This document shows, piece by piece, positions 36,733 through 50,164 of a stretch of 64,000 nt of DNA. Under the pieces are notes generated by a model. The model worked only from the letters and a program-made list of their open reading frames with translations. It was not told the DNA's origin and did not search any database. Each line of letters begins with the position of its first letter. The stretch's first letter is position 1. The position numbers and the translations under genes were made by a program. Source of the stretch: Euprymna scolopes (lineage: Eukaryota); the NCBI GenBank assembly GCA_053919585.1, contig CM132785.1; one strand, given 5' to 3'.

Positions 36733-37229
36733 TATAATTCAGACAACTTTGGGTGTTTATTACATTAAAGTTACTTTGATAATTACACACTGAATCTGAA
36801 AAAAAAGATTCAATAGTGAAAATAAAATGAAATTTAAAAACTATTTAAAAATAATAAAAGCAATTGAATTATAAACTCCACCAACATGCATTTTATTATC
36901 TTTTTATGGATGAGTCATTGCTTATCGAGACCTGGAAGCTACTCAATGATAAGGATTCAAGTGATTGTGAGTTGGGTAATGATCGCCACTATGGAAGGAT
37001 TGAAGATGATAACCCTAATGGATAGAAAATTACTCAAGAGGAATTTATTATCCAAGAGGATGGCTCAATACATATTTGTTTACATTAGACTTGAAGGTAA
37101 CTATGCTGTAGTCAGTTGGGAAGCAAACTCCTTTCTTGTTCCATGGATGAGATGTTCTAGGAAAGAAATTTTGTTCATGGGCGTTCTATTTGTGCATTTT
37201 GAAAGAGAAGGGAAAGTTTCTTATGGTTG

Positions 37230-37960
37230 AAGCTAATATCTTTGCTGTGTGAAAAAAGCTCTAGAGAAGAGAAGAGACCATCTCCAACTAAATTGTGAAG
37301 TTGATTTTACATTCTGTCAAAACAAGAAAGAGTGCTCAGAGTGGTACTTACCAAGATATGACAACAGTACTCTATCTTAGAGAGTATCTGTCTCTTATAC
37401 AGATAAAGAATTGTGTCAAGAGTAAAGTATTTTCTGGAGCAGTAGAATGGTCTAACCATTGTCAGCAACCTTAAAAGATTTGATGCAAGTCTTCCATTTT
37501 AGGTTTGGGGTGAAAGTCAGTCCTAGAAGCTTATCAAAGAAAGAGAAAACCATTCATTTTGACTGAAGAAAAGTGAAGCTACAACCATTGGTGGTGAAAA
37601 GAGGGAAGTTTGATTTTTAGAGATATTAAATCTAACAAGCAGCTTTTTTCCTATTGCACCATGTGCTCCGAATCGAAGAGTCAGAAAGATCATCAATACT
37701 CTTTGAAATGTTGCCAGAAATAATTGTCTGCCTAAATGTCAACAAATAATCTCAGAATATGATTTGGAAGATCATGAAGAGGGTTGCACTTATAATGAAT
37801 CTTTGAGGAAAGCTGTCATTAATGGTATGTGCTTCAGACTGTTTTTTTGTTAACTACTTTTATAAACCTATCAGAAAGAAATAATTTGATGGTTGAGTGG
37901 ACATTTGCAGATATTCCATAACTAACAAGCTTGTGGAGCAAACCTTTGATATAACCGAAA
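37230..37960 (-). mobile_element. Old CR1-group LINE RT fragment
   Basis: Colinear similarity to the 50.2-52.3 kb LINE, e.g. AAGCTTCTAGGACTGACTTTCACCCCAAACCTAAAATGG = KLLGLTFTPNLKW, and GGTTTGCTCCACAAGCTTGTTAGTTATGGA = GLLHKLVSYG. Confidence 0.7.
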
Positions 37961-39424
37961 TTATCGTTCTAGAAATGAAATCCCTCATTTCTTCATAAAT
38001 AAACAAGTCAACAATTTTAATCTATTGTTGATAGTAGAAAAAAGAATTTATTACTCTTAGAAATTTGAAAGCAATTTAGAAATACTTAAAATGTCAAATA
38101 AAGTCATTTCTGGTTTTAAAATTCTTAGCAAATCTTTGTATTGAAAGTTTTGTCAGTTATTTGCATTTAATAATTTTATAAATAAAGATTAAAAACATGT
38201 AAGCGAAATTATAATTTTATAACAATTTGGTTCAATTAATAATTTAATGACTGAACAAAATTCTACTAAAATAATAATTTGGTTAAAATTAACAAAAATG
38301 AGTCTTTTAGAAAAACATAAACTCACATGTCAGTCTCGGTTTCTTTCCATTTTTTTTTTTTTTTTGTTTTTTTTTTAATGAATTTTTGTTTAATACCAAG
38401 CAAAGCTGGATACATCTAATTAAATAAAATAAAGAAACAAGAAAGCAGAAAAAAGATTATTGGGGTTGAATAGTATAAATAAATAGTATATAGTTATTAT
38501 TGCCCCACCCATCTTCCTCAGGAAGTAGAGGTCTTATTTTCTGCCCCTCCCACTCCCCAAATTTTAGCACATTGGTGTGTGTTAAATTATATCTACAACC
38601 AACCATGAGAATGTGTGTTGTAAGCCAATCAATTTTAGATTCCAATAATTCTCTGTTGAATTTCTCCTAATAAACATAATAGTTTGTCATTTTAAATTTC
38701 TTTCCAACCAATAATTTTCAATATTATTCATTATTTACATTGACTATAATTCTATACATTTAAACATGAAAGCCTCATGTCTCTGTTTATGTATAGTTTA
38801 CTAAGCCATTTAACCTGGCAAGTTTCTCATTTTAAATAAACCCTCTTAACCTTACTAACCTAACATTTTTTTCTATTTTTAATTATTTACTACTATATAA
38901 TACTTAGCCATATTATGTAACAAAAAAGTTAACATTTTCATTTTTTAAATCTAAATAATAATAAAATATAGAGATATCATATTGTCATGTTCAAACATTA
39001 CTTTAAATTAACTTATTTTAAAGTATGTTATAATTTTAAACAATTGTTACTAATCTAATGACCAAATAATACTGGAAATAATGAAACTTTATAAAAAATC
39101 TGATTAAAAAAAAAAAAAAGAAGACTGGCACACAGTTGTTTTGTAAAAATATATAATTTAATACCAGATCTATTTCATTGTTAAAAGAAAAATAAACTCC
39201 AAACTAATTATGAGATTTAAATATAAATATTTTGCAAGATGTCCTATCGAACGCTTAAATTCTGTATTATTGAAAAGCATCAATTCTAAATAAGTAATAA
39301 AAAAAAAAAGAAAATGACTGAAAGTAACTTTATTTACAATACGAATGATTAGACACTATCTCTAGATAATTGCCCACCAAGACTAAAGAGCACTTCACCT
39401 GCCCTTTCGTTTTGTGTGTGTGTT

Positions 39425-40040
39425 TTTTATTGCATTTTCATCCCAAACAAGGCACAGTGCCACTTTGATGTAGGAGGCTACTATCTGAGGCATAATTAGC
39501 AGGAGTACTACGTAGGGAGTTGAGCAGCAACATGTCTGTTTACATTACACTTGAACTTCTGCATGTCAGTACAGTCAAAGAAGCAGGAACCTGAAAGGAA
39601 ATTTCAAAATCTAGCAGTCTTAGGGAAGAAACTATTAGAGTAGAAGGCTTTTTTACATCCAGGAATCTCTACTGTGTAGGGGTGGGATTTTGCTGCTTGT
39701 CGGGTTTGTCAAGGGAGAGGACAAGGATTGTAGTTCGTCGGAGCACCTACCATTAAAATACTTGTAGAACAGGCAGAGGGATGCAACATTTCATCGATGG
39801 GACAGCGGTTGAAGCTTAGCTGATAGTGCGGGACCTATTAGGTTAGTAACTCTTTTGAACCATGTCTAAAAGGGAGAGGCTAGTCGCAGATGCATCAGCC
39901 CAAATGTGGCAACAATACTCCATACATGGGCAAATGGTGGCCTTTTAGAGGTACAGAATACTCTCAGGCGTAAGTAACTTTCTAGCATGGTAGAAAGAGC
40001 TCACCTTCTTTGCAGCAGCCTTGGCAATGCCCTCAATGTA
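39425..40040 (-). mobile_element. Degenerate CR1-group LINE 3' fragment
   Basis: 3' end homologous to 44975-45318 (GTACTGACATGCAGAAGTTCAAGTGTAATGTAAACAGACAT); LYLxKATICPCMEYCCHIWA-like coding remnant. Confidence 0.8.
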
Positions 40041-40453
40041 TCACAATATTACAATGCAAATGACCAGTTTCATTGCAAAATTATGTCTTTTAAATAGTAA
40101 AAAAAACAAAAAAAAAACAGATTGCTGCAATTCAGTTGAAGGGGGAGAGCATTATTTGTATTTACATATTTATTTAAAGAGTTTGTTAAAGTGTAACCAA
40201 AAATGTCTTTATAGTTTCATATTAAAAAAATATTAAAAATAATAAACTTGTTCGAATTTGGAAATGGATGTTTAGTATGAATATTGCTGAAGCAGACTGT
40301 ATTCCAGCATTTTTCATCAAATTCTATTTCCTGTACTTTGAGATCATGTTCAACTAATAATTATCAATATCAGAACTGTTTAACTAGTATTATAAAAAAT
40401 ATTTAATGAATAATAACAATGTTACAAAGATTTATTACTTATTTACTCATGTA

Positions 40454-40961
40454 TCTTTATTATAAATTTTCCTAATGTCTGTCTGTGAGTGAGTGTGTGA
40501 CACGGTTTATCTCAGCTTACAGGCAATCCACCTAGGCAAGTAAGGTACCAAAATGAAACTCATGACCCAGCGAATGTTTTAGTGATATTTATATCCATGT
40601 TTGATGTATGGAAATGCAAAAAAAATGTAAAAAATGCAAGAAAATAACGATTTACTAAACATTTTATTTACTGGATATTTTTCTGGTATTCACCGGAAGT
40701 TATCTCCCTTAGTAAGTTCGATTTTACTCTGTGTGTGTGTATGTGACGCGGTTTATTTCAGCCTACCGGCAACCCACTCAGGCAAGTAAGGTACCGAAAT
40801 GAAGCTTATGACCCAGCGGATGTTTTAGTGATATTTATATCCATGTTGGGTGTGTGGAAATGCAAAAAAAATAACGATTTACTAAACAGCGTTTTATTTA
40901 TTGGATATTTTTCTGGTACAAGGACCCAAGTTTGCTCAGCTGGGCAAACTTGGGTTCTTGT
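40454..40961 (+). mobile_element. Helitron-like non-autonomous element with internal ~200-bp duplication and 44-bp terminal palindrome
   Basis: A|TC start; 40495-40690 duplicated at 40740-40918; ACAAGGACCCAAGTTTGCTCAG|CTGGGCAAACTTGGGTTCTTGT at 40918-40961. Confidence 0.6.
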
Positions 40962-41376
40962 TTACTTAAAAATCTTAAGCTTTAAAACTGTCATTTCATT
41001 TTAAACATTTGAAATGATTATATCTACCCTCTGATTTTTATAGTTTTGTTTGAAACATTTGATATATGCTAGTTCATATGAAAACGATACCTTTTCACTC
41101 ATTACTATAAAAACAATTCTGTTCACTAATTATTTTTAAACAGTGTCTTTAAAAATGTTGTAATCCATATGCAGAACACTGTTACTAGTACATTTTTCTG
41201 AATAATTTATTGGAATGTAAATTAAAATGAAGAAAAATGTGCAATTTTCTTCTAAATTACTTGAAGTATTGAAGATCAGATATTTTATTATTAGCAACCT
41301 TTCAATAATTTTTTTTTAATAATTGATATCTTGTAAAAATCAAAATTTCTATTTCAATGATGAATTAGATTCGGAC

Positions 41377-41556
41377 CAGGGTTGTAGAATTGGAAAATAT
41401 AAGGTGTGACTCTGACTCCAAGTATTCCAAAATATCTGACTCTGACTCTTTTCAAGTCTTCTAATATTTAAAGACTCTTTGGAAATTAAAAAAAAAAAAA
41501 AAAAAATGACTATTCTTAAGAATCTGATCAAGACTTCTTCCCACTTTGCAACCCTG
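41377..41556. mobile_element. hAT-type MITE (CAGGGTTG...CAACCCTG) with GACTCY subterminal repeats; related half-copy at 32458-32535
   Basis: 8-bp terminal inverted repeat and GACTCTGACTC repeats; TSD degenerate. Confidence 0.55.
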
Positions 41557-41727
41557 ATTTTGATCGAACTCATTAGGTAAATATCAAAAGATGAAACCGA
41601 GCTGAGCATTAGATGTTCATACTGGCCTGTTTTCTAATTTTATTCTGAATATTCTAAAATATTTCTTGGGTTTATTTAAAAATATATTTTATGGTCATAA
41701 ATCTTCATGTTCTGGCAGTATAGGGTA

Positions 41728-42056
41728 TTTTTATTGGTCCTCCGACAAAGGAAGGATTGAACCTAATTCACTCCTTTTCATCCGTTTGCTTGTTTGCACT
41801 TTTCTCAATAACTACACCTTGGATATTTTGTAAATTTTGCACAAACATTAGTCATAGTGAAAGTAAATTTTTGCCAGAATGGATTTTCTGGGATAACTCT
41901 GGTTACCCCTCCCCTCCCAGCAGGGGTTAAAATTGCCCCCAAATCATTTGTCCGTAAAAATGTTCCCAAATCATTTGTCCGTAACTACTTGAATTAAAAA
42001 AAAAAAAAAATGCACAAACATTAGTCATGGAGGGGGACCCTGCATGCTTGACTTGT
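41728..42056 (+). mobile_element. DINE-1/HINE-like element, copy 2
   Basis: 5' TTTTTATTGGTCCTCC and 3' GGAGGGGGACC subterminal IRs, then TGCATGCTTGACTT; shared core. Confidence 0.7.
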
Positions 42057-42323
42057 ATAATACTGAATTTCTTACTGCATGTCTGAAAATTATAGATGGG
42101 ATCTTGAAATTTGAAGTAGACAATTGTTATAGGATTATGAGTTTGGTTTTTCGAAAAACTAACTTGAAGGTTCTATTTTTAATCCCAACTCCCATCTATG
42201 AGGTTAGAAGTTGGAATTGGATATTTTAAAACCGATTCAAGAATTCTTTTTTTCAACCGGCTCACTCATGAAAAAGCAAGTGGAGACATGCAAACTTATA
42301 TTTATACCACATTGGTTGTCTGA

Positions 42324-42515
42324 ACTATTTTTACTCTCTGGTGTTGCTTATAATAAATGTACTTGTTGTCATGCACACCTGCTGCATCTGAAGCTGTTGC
42401 AATAAATTTCCTCTGTAAATTCTATTTGAAATGTTCTTTTTTCCTTTATATACTCATCCTTGCTATCTCGCGTGGCAAAAAATCCATGTGCTTCCTTAAA
42501 CTTTATATTCTTTCT
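42324..42515. repeat. Dispersed repeat, second copy at 59762-59950
   Basis: TGGTGTTGCTTATAATAAA...TTGTTGTCATGCACAC...CTGAAGCTGTTGCAATAAATTTCCT present in both places; family not identified. Confidence 0.8.
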
Positions 42516-43732
42516 TCATTGCAATAGCTTAATTTCATTCACTGATTTTATGTACTTTATAATTGAATATCCTTGCTTTCTCTGATTGACCTGTACATCA
42601 GCACAGGTTTCAGTTAATGACTTAATTAAACTGTTGATTAGGAAATAAGTCATGTATGCATTTCCAATATTGACTGACCTTGAAAAAACAAAACCATTTT
42701 TTTTACCATTTATTTTAATTAAAGAACTGGCAAGATTTTGTGAAGCATGAAAAAGTGTTCTAGAAATTTGATAATGATCATTATTAAATACACTCAAAGA
42801 ACCTGTATAAACAGCAAAATGGAGATATTAAAATCCTCTGTTCTATAATAAAGACCAATGGGTATTTATTTATTTATACATAAATATATTCACTTCTGTT
42901 ATGCGAGTTAAAAACGTACCAAGCAAAATGATTTTGAGTATTTAGAAGAAAAACACCCAGTCCCCCTTCTGAAATAAATTAAGAAAAAAATCTTCCCCTC
43001 TATTTCTATAATGAAATGCTTTTCTCCTCCCCCTTTCTAAATAGATTGATACATTTTTCATTTTTTTTTTTTAACTTTGCGGTTTATGTTTTCCTTTTTA
43101 TTGTTAACTTCATCGGTTGAAACCTTATGAATATTAGTGCAAACACTGGCAAAGCATAATTTATTTTGTTTGTCATTTTTTGACTGGTGTACACTTGTAG
43201 TTCACAATGGTGTTACAGCTTCTTGATTTCAAGCTTATTTGTGCAGCTTGTGAAGAGAATCCCCTTGATGCATAGTTTGAAAAGACTGGACCTTCACTAT
43301 TAAATATTTTTAGAATAATTGCTTAAAGACAGCATATTTTTCTTTTACATTTCTATATTTTTAAGAGGAGGATTAATATTTCATATTATTTAGGTTATGT
43401 GGATTACTGTTTTCATCTACCAAAACGTTATGCAAATGACACTAAAGATGCGACCAGCAGTCCTAATAAACCAAATAATACTATTTTTTGCTTTCAGTTA
43501 TTGTATGATGTTAACCCTTTTAAATTGAATTTTCTAAAATAATTTATTATAATCTGAGAAATGTGTTACTTTCACGTTTTTAAATGAAAGAATAAACTCA
43601 ATGATTGCAACATTAATCTTAATTTGAGAGAGTTGTTCTAAAAATAATACTTCCTATTTTTTTGACTCTAAAATTTGGAGAGCTACCAAGATGGGAAGGT
43701 ACCATTAAATTAAGCAATCTTTGTGCCCTAGA

Positions 43733-44100
43733 TTTCATTTAGGGCCTCCGAAAAAGGAGGGATTGGACTTAGTAATTCACTCCTATTCGTTTGTTCGTTT
43801 GTTTGCACTTTTCTCAATAAGCACGCCTTGGATTTAAAAAAAAAAGAAAAAAAAAAAAAAATTGCATAAACATTAGTCATGGTAAAAATAAATTTTTGTC
43901 CAAATGGATTTTCTGGGGTAACTGTGCCCCTCCCCCTCCCTACAGGGCATTATGGGGGTAAAATTGCTCCAAAATTCGTTTGTTCATACTTTTCTCAATA
44001 ACCACCCCTTTAATTTTTTTTGAAATTTTGCACAAACATTAGTCATGGTAAAAATAAGTTTTTCATTTGTGAAGGGGGACCTCACATGCTCTGCTTTTTT
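43733..44100 (+). mobile_element. DINE-1/HINE-like element, copy 3
   Basis: GGGCCTCCGA start, (GTTT/GTTC)n, duplicated core, GAAGGGGGACC...CATGCTCTGCTTTTTT end. Confidence 0.7.
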
Positions 44101-44104
44101 CTAC

Positions 44105-44707
44105 ATAGTCACCACCATTCTCAATTCTTTGACTTTATACTGATTCAACGTCCTGACAGACATCACGTCGGGGATCATTTTGGTTCTACATGAGCATTTA
44201 TGGAACCAATCTAACATACACTTTGCTGTATTCTGGGGATGATAACATTGTTTCCAGTGCATTGATACCCACATTCAACTTTACACACGTTTCATTCTCC
44301 ATTATCTGCCGAACAGTGCGGATGAGTTGGTCGAGGCGCACAGTGTTTTCTGATGTGGTGGCTGTGCATGGGTGTCCAGAGCATGCTTTATAGCTCGCAT
44401 CTCTGTCACCATTCTGAAATCAATGAATCTATATTGTAACTGTGCTGACATCGACTGCATGAGCTTCATAAACGTTCAACAGGCGCCGGTAATTTTGATT
44501 GGTTTTGCATCGAGGAATTCAGTGATGTATTTCTACTTCTGATGCGCATTTATGACAAAGATTGCTTTCTTAGTCTCACACCATCAATATCTGCAACAGA
44601 GTTGAAACTTTCAGCTCATGAATGCATAACATTGCGATTTACAATCCTCTCTGATCTATTTGTGCAGAATAAAAAATAGGAGGTATTACTTTTGAAATGG
44701 CCCTCAT
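44105..44707 (-). mobile_element. Mariner 5' fragment (irritans-like terminus)
   Basis: Minus-strand start TATGAGGGCCATTTCAAAAGTAA followed by degenerate HTH-region coding sequence (SGHPCTATT, KVECGYQ in place of KVxARWVP). Confidence 0.6.
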
Positions 44708-44974
44708 ATAATTCTCAAGAAAAATGAAACCCTCCCAAAATATTTGGTAAAAACCGTTTAGATTAGTCAGCTACAGAAGTGTATTAATTTAATAGTTCAA
44801 ATTTATTGATTTTTTTTTTTTAAATACATGTAACTATTTTACTTAAAAAATATACACTTTTTAGTTACAGAGAAAAATCTTATTGTAGCTATGAACAAAT
44901 TACTTTCCCGTAATAGTAATCAGAATATAATAAATGCATATACATTAAAGGCTATATATAGATTCTCTTTATTA

Positions 44975-45318
44975 TTCAAACCTGACGAACTGCAAGCACT
45001 TGTGCCCCCACAACGTAAACACCCTCGACAAACTCGACAGATAGCTAAATTTCACTCCCACACAGTAGAGATCCCTAGATGTAAAAGATCTTTCTACTCC
45101 AGTAGTTTCTTCCCCAGAACCGCTAGACTTTGGAATTCCATTCCAGGTCCTTGCTTCCCTAACTGTACTGACGTGCAGAAGTTCAGGTGTAACGTGAACA
45201 GACATCTTGTTGCCCAATCCCCACATAGTACCCCAGTAGATGTTACCCCTGATAGTAGCCCCCTACACCAAAGTGGCAATGTGTCTTGTTTGGGGTGAAA
45301 ATGTAATAAAAAAAAAAA
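44975..45318 (+). mobile_element. 5'-truncated CR1-group LINE 3' end with A-tail
   Basis: ELQALVPP...HTVEIPRCKRSFYSSSFFPRTARLWNSIPGPCFP, homologous to the C-terminus of the 50256 ORF; poly-A at about 45308-45318. Confidence 0.88.
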
Positions 45319-45661
45319 CCCTACAATTCCATGTAAAAATTCAAATCTCATTAAAGGAAATTTTGTATAAGCATTGTTTATCATTAATATTAATAAAAAG
45401 TGAACAATAAGGAAAAAGTAGCAATGACCCTTCAATGTATCTGATATTCAGTTATTCATAGGTTTTATATTCATTTTTATCCAAATATTGTTTATAAAAG
45501 AACAGAACTGTACGAAATATAAAGAAAATTTCATTCGCATCTATAATTTACATATCTTTATGGTTTCTATAAAGCTGTATTTTTAAAATGTGAAGAAATT
45601 CATTTTTACTTGAAGTATTCTTTATCTCTCTCTCTCTCTCTCAAATCCAATGAAACTTCAG

Positions 45662-45735
45662 TTTTTTTGTTTTTTTTACATAGGCATCACCACTTATCAA
45701 GGCCCAGGGGCCACTCGAGGATAAGGGTTATAGCA
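45662..45735 (-). mobile_element. Very short 3'-UTR copy of the CR1-group LINE (similar piece at 52894-52945)
   Basis: ATCACCACTTATCAAGGCCC...GCCACTCRRGGATAAGGGTTA shared with 50195-50240, next to a T-run. Confidence 0.75.
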
Positions 45736-48700
45736 TAGTGCTTGATAACAGGTAGAACTGTATTAGAATATACATATTTTTTATTTATTTGGACATTTGT
45801 ATGTGTGTGTAAATTAAAAGAAAATTATACTATGTTTTAATGTTGTGTTTTTAGTATAGGAGAAATGATTAGAGTGCTCAATTACATATCTAAGAACATA
45901 TCTTTTTTATTTCAAAGAACACTATACATTAGTCTGATTATTCTTCAGTTTTATGAAACACTGGAAACTGTCCACAGGGCTAGAAAGTGTATCAGTTCCA
46001 TGTTATAGTGACCTAATATTTTCTTTTCATTATATATTTCCTTTCCCTAGAAGGGAAAGAAAATATATAATGCTGATGAAAAAGAGACAAAGTAGGAAAA
46101 TTTTTCTTTGAAAATGTTTCTGAACAACATATGTATATAAGTTTTTCTTTGTTTTTTTTTTTTTTTCATTATTTTGTCTTTCAGCTACATTTATTATTTT
46201 ATTTTTAATATGTATGTGTCAAACAGTATAAGATAAAATATGAACTAATTCCAACAATATGAAGTAGATGAACATTCATTTATAACTTTTATGATACTAA
46301 TTTATGTATAGAAGTGGTCCTTGCTTGATTCTTCAGCTAAAGAAAAATCTGAGAGTATTTAAAGACCATAAGACTTATGTAAAAGGGAAGCAGAAAAATC
46401 TGGTATTCCAATGCATAGTTGGATAGGGAAGGAGAGAGAGAGGGAGAAATAGTTGATTAATTTTAGTTACTTGATCAAGAACATTATTTGATAGCAAACA
46501 GAATTGAAAGAGGTGACATTTGTTTGTTACTAAATATGTCAGGTCAGTATACATTACAATGAGGTCTATTTTTCTTTTATTAACTGGGTCAATGTAGACT
46601 TCCTTTTGTATAAATTGAAATCGTTTGTGTCACATTAGGGATTTCTTTTTAGATGCAATCTATATGTATCTTGTATCATGAAAATAAACTAATGTAGATT
46701 GGTATTATTTGAACATGTGTAATCGCTTGTACAATAGTCTGTCCTCCTCAGCTGCTAAACAAGGGTGGTGACACCGATTCAGTGGCTAAGACAGTATTGC
46801 TATCAGACAGGATACAAAAAATTGTGCTCAACTTTATAGATTCATAATGTCTTATTGAAACACGTTTACATTCGGTCATTAATGACATTGTGCATCATCA
46901 ATGCTCGATGGATCATGGGGAATAATAATTTGTTATGCATGTTTCATCTTTGTGTTTTGACCAAATTCAGCTTGGCACCTGTTGCTGTGGTTTTTAAGAC
47001 CTGTGGCCAGTAATGCGTTGGTACCTTATATTTTAAAAGAAATAGAAATTTATTTTAAAACAAATTATATGCATGCAGTATTTCATTCTGCTTTTAGTAA
47101 CTTCATTAATAAGGGGGGGGGGGAAATAAACTTAGAATTTTTCTTTCTTTTTTTTTTTTCAAAAAACTTAGCAACAACATATTTATGATCATTTTCATAT
47201 GGTATCTTCTGAGAACAGATATTTTGAGTTTGGGTGTGGCTATAAACGATTCAGAGTTTGGATGAATCTAATAGAAAATAGCACTTAATCTGCATTACAA
47301 CAAAGTTGCTTCTGACATTTTTTTTTAGTGCTCTGCATTCTTTGCTTAAAAGCATGCTATAATGTGTCAGAATATACTATAATGTTTGTAAGGAATTTGG
47401 GATTTTGTTTGTAAGGTTTTAAAATTCTTTACAAAATGTATATTTTTTATATAATTTTATAGACGTGTTAGTTATAGAAATATGTTAACAAAGGGGATTT
47501 TATATTATGAACCATCTTTTAGTGCTTTAATTATTTTCTAGTTTAAATTATATTGAAATATTTTGTTTATAAAAAAGTCTTAATGTAATACATGTAAAAT
47601 AGTGCAATACAAACATGGTTCAGATTTGGAATACTTAAGTTTATTTTTAACTGGTGATTTGTGTATGGATGTGGCATGTTCATTTTAATTGAACGTTTCA
47701 AATACATAATCAAGTTTGAGTAACAATACAAAAAAAAAAAAAAACAAGATTGAAATGGTATACGTGCAGTTGGCATGAAAAAAAAACAGTAAAAATAAAT
47801 CTGTAGTTTAAGTGATCAAGTTAATTTTGTCACCAAATATTTTAGTCGGTCCCATCGACACTCCCATCACAAAGTTGAATGTCTCGAACTGCAGGCAATA
47901 AACCTATCTCCCTCTAAAAGGAGGTGGTAATATCTGGGAGGATAGTCTCTTAACTTTGAAACTATGATGATGAATTCAAAATAACACAAAAAACTCTGTT
48001 TCTTTACATCGTAATGTTAACCATAAATTCGTGTGGCAATGCAAAGCAAAAAAGAAAAATAAGATGAAATTTATGCACTCACAATGTGTGCAGTGGAGCC
48101 GATAAAAGTCAGTGTATAGGTTAATGGAACATTAAGTCAATTGTGCTCCCGAAATAGTCTTTTTGTCTGAACATTCTCAGTCATCAACTGCAACATTTAT
48201 CATCAGCATAGTGAACAAATCAAACTGCTGCTGTGTGTCCTGTAAGTCAACTGAAAGAGACGAGACCTAATGAAAAATGAAAATAAAATAAGGGGATGTA
48301 TTCCATTAAGCTGAGAATATACAAACCTGTTGTCCATTTTAATTGAATATCACATGGTAAACCATGTTTGTAACCATTTTTTGAAGAGCAAAAAGAATCA
48401 TTAAATATAACTAATGTTTATCAGAAATGCAAAAAATATATAATGATTTGTCTAAATTGATGCTGAAATAGATTTGCTTATGTCATTTTTAAACAGAATC
48501 TACATTCATCAAAGGAAGATTGCTTTGTTGTGATATAGATGCTTAAGATTTATTCTAAAAGTGGCTAGTAATGTAGTAATATAGCAGTTTATAAGTTTAA
48601 AAAATTCTTTCATTTACAATAGGTTTACTCTAGATTGCTAAAAACACATTAACTAGTTAGATCTGAATTGACAAGTAGCAGTGTTTAAAATATAAACTAA

Positions 48701-50164
48701 TTTGTTCTTAAACCTTTTGAAAAGTTAATTTTAGCTATGTTAAATGAGACAAGTTAATTACTTTAAAAACGTTTTATTTTTGCTATAAATAGCTAATTGC
48801 TATACAATGAATGAGCCAGTAGTTTTGTGTGTTGAAAATATTCTTTTAACTTTGATAGATTTTAAAGTTTTGTTTTTGACCCTTCAATCATCAGATTATA
48901 TCCAATATCAAGAAATTTTGTTTAAACTGAATATTGCACAAAAAATATAGTTTGAAATTTAAAAAAAAAATAGTAATTATTCTTTGCTTCTTCCTTTCTG
49001 TGGAACATTAACTTGGGACTGCTTATCTGTTGATTATAACATGATGATCTTATTCAAATGTTAACAAATGTGTCCTAATCATCTTAGTTTCTTCCAGTAA
49101 TCATTTTCAATCTTCATTCCTTTTTCATTCAATATTCATTCCTTTTCAATAACTCTTATCCTTTAGTAGCTTTTAGCTTTGATAAGTGAGAATTTATTGG
49201 TAAAAATATTTTTCTGTAAAATAAATTTTGGTTATAATAAAACTTATATCTTAGAACTATAATTTCTTTAATAACTAGCCGACATATTTGGTGTTACCCA
49301 GGTTTCTTTATCAATACATTTTTTATTTCAAGATTTAATACATCTTTTTAAGTAATTAAACGTTTGATTCTTATCAATAAAATTTCTGGATAAACATTAC
49401 CATTTGTCTTTCTGTATGGAGCATGATAACATGAACACAATGGTGACATTCTTGTAGTATTCATAATGTGTGAAAAAATACTGGTATGAGGGTAAAAGCC
49501 ATCCCCATTTTCATAATACTAGTGTAATTTTGTATATATGTATTTAAGTTGTTTTTAAATGCCAACTAATTAAAATTAATCAATTTTGTGACTGTTTTTT
49601 AAATTTAACTTATTTAAAATCAATTGTTGCTATTTAAAAAAAGATATTTTTTGATATGTTATTCTTCCTAATCTTTTTATATTCAAAATAGCAATTTATC
49701 TTGATTAAAAAAAAAAAAAAAAAAAAAAAACTTAAAAAAAAACACTATTTAAAAATTTGTTAGTTATTTTAATTTTTAACAAAGTTGTTTTTGTTCTCTC
49801 CACCCCTGTTTATTCTGAATTCCTTAAAACATGAAGCAGCATTACTACAAATGGCAACAACACCAATGGATGCAACAAGCTGCTATTAACAATTTTGAAT
49901 CTGTGCTTGACTTCTAAGCTGGACCCTGAATAGTGCAAACACTGAACTTTATTCCTGCTTTGCCCAATTTGAGTCTCTTTCTTATGTGCTGGAATTTATA
50001 AAAGAGAATGTCCACTAAGATTTTTTTTGTTCTAGCTATGAGGTGGCACTGCAACCTACTGATCAATGTTGATTGGATCAAGAACAAAAACTTTGTGGCA
50101 TGTAAACTAAATGATTTTATGCTAATTACATAATCATGGCCACTTTTATTGTACAGAGCCAACA

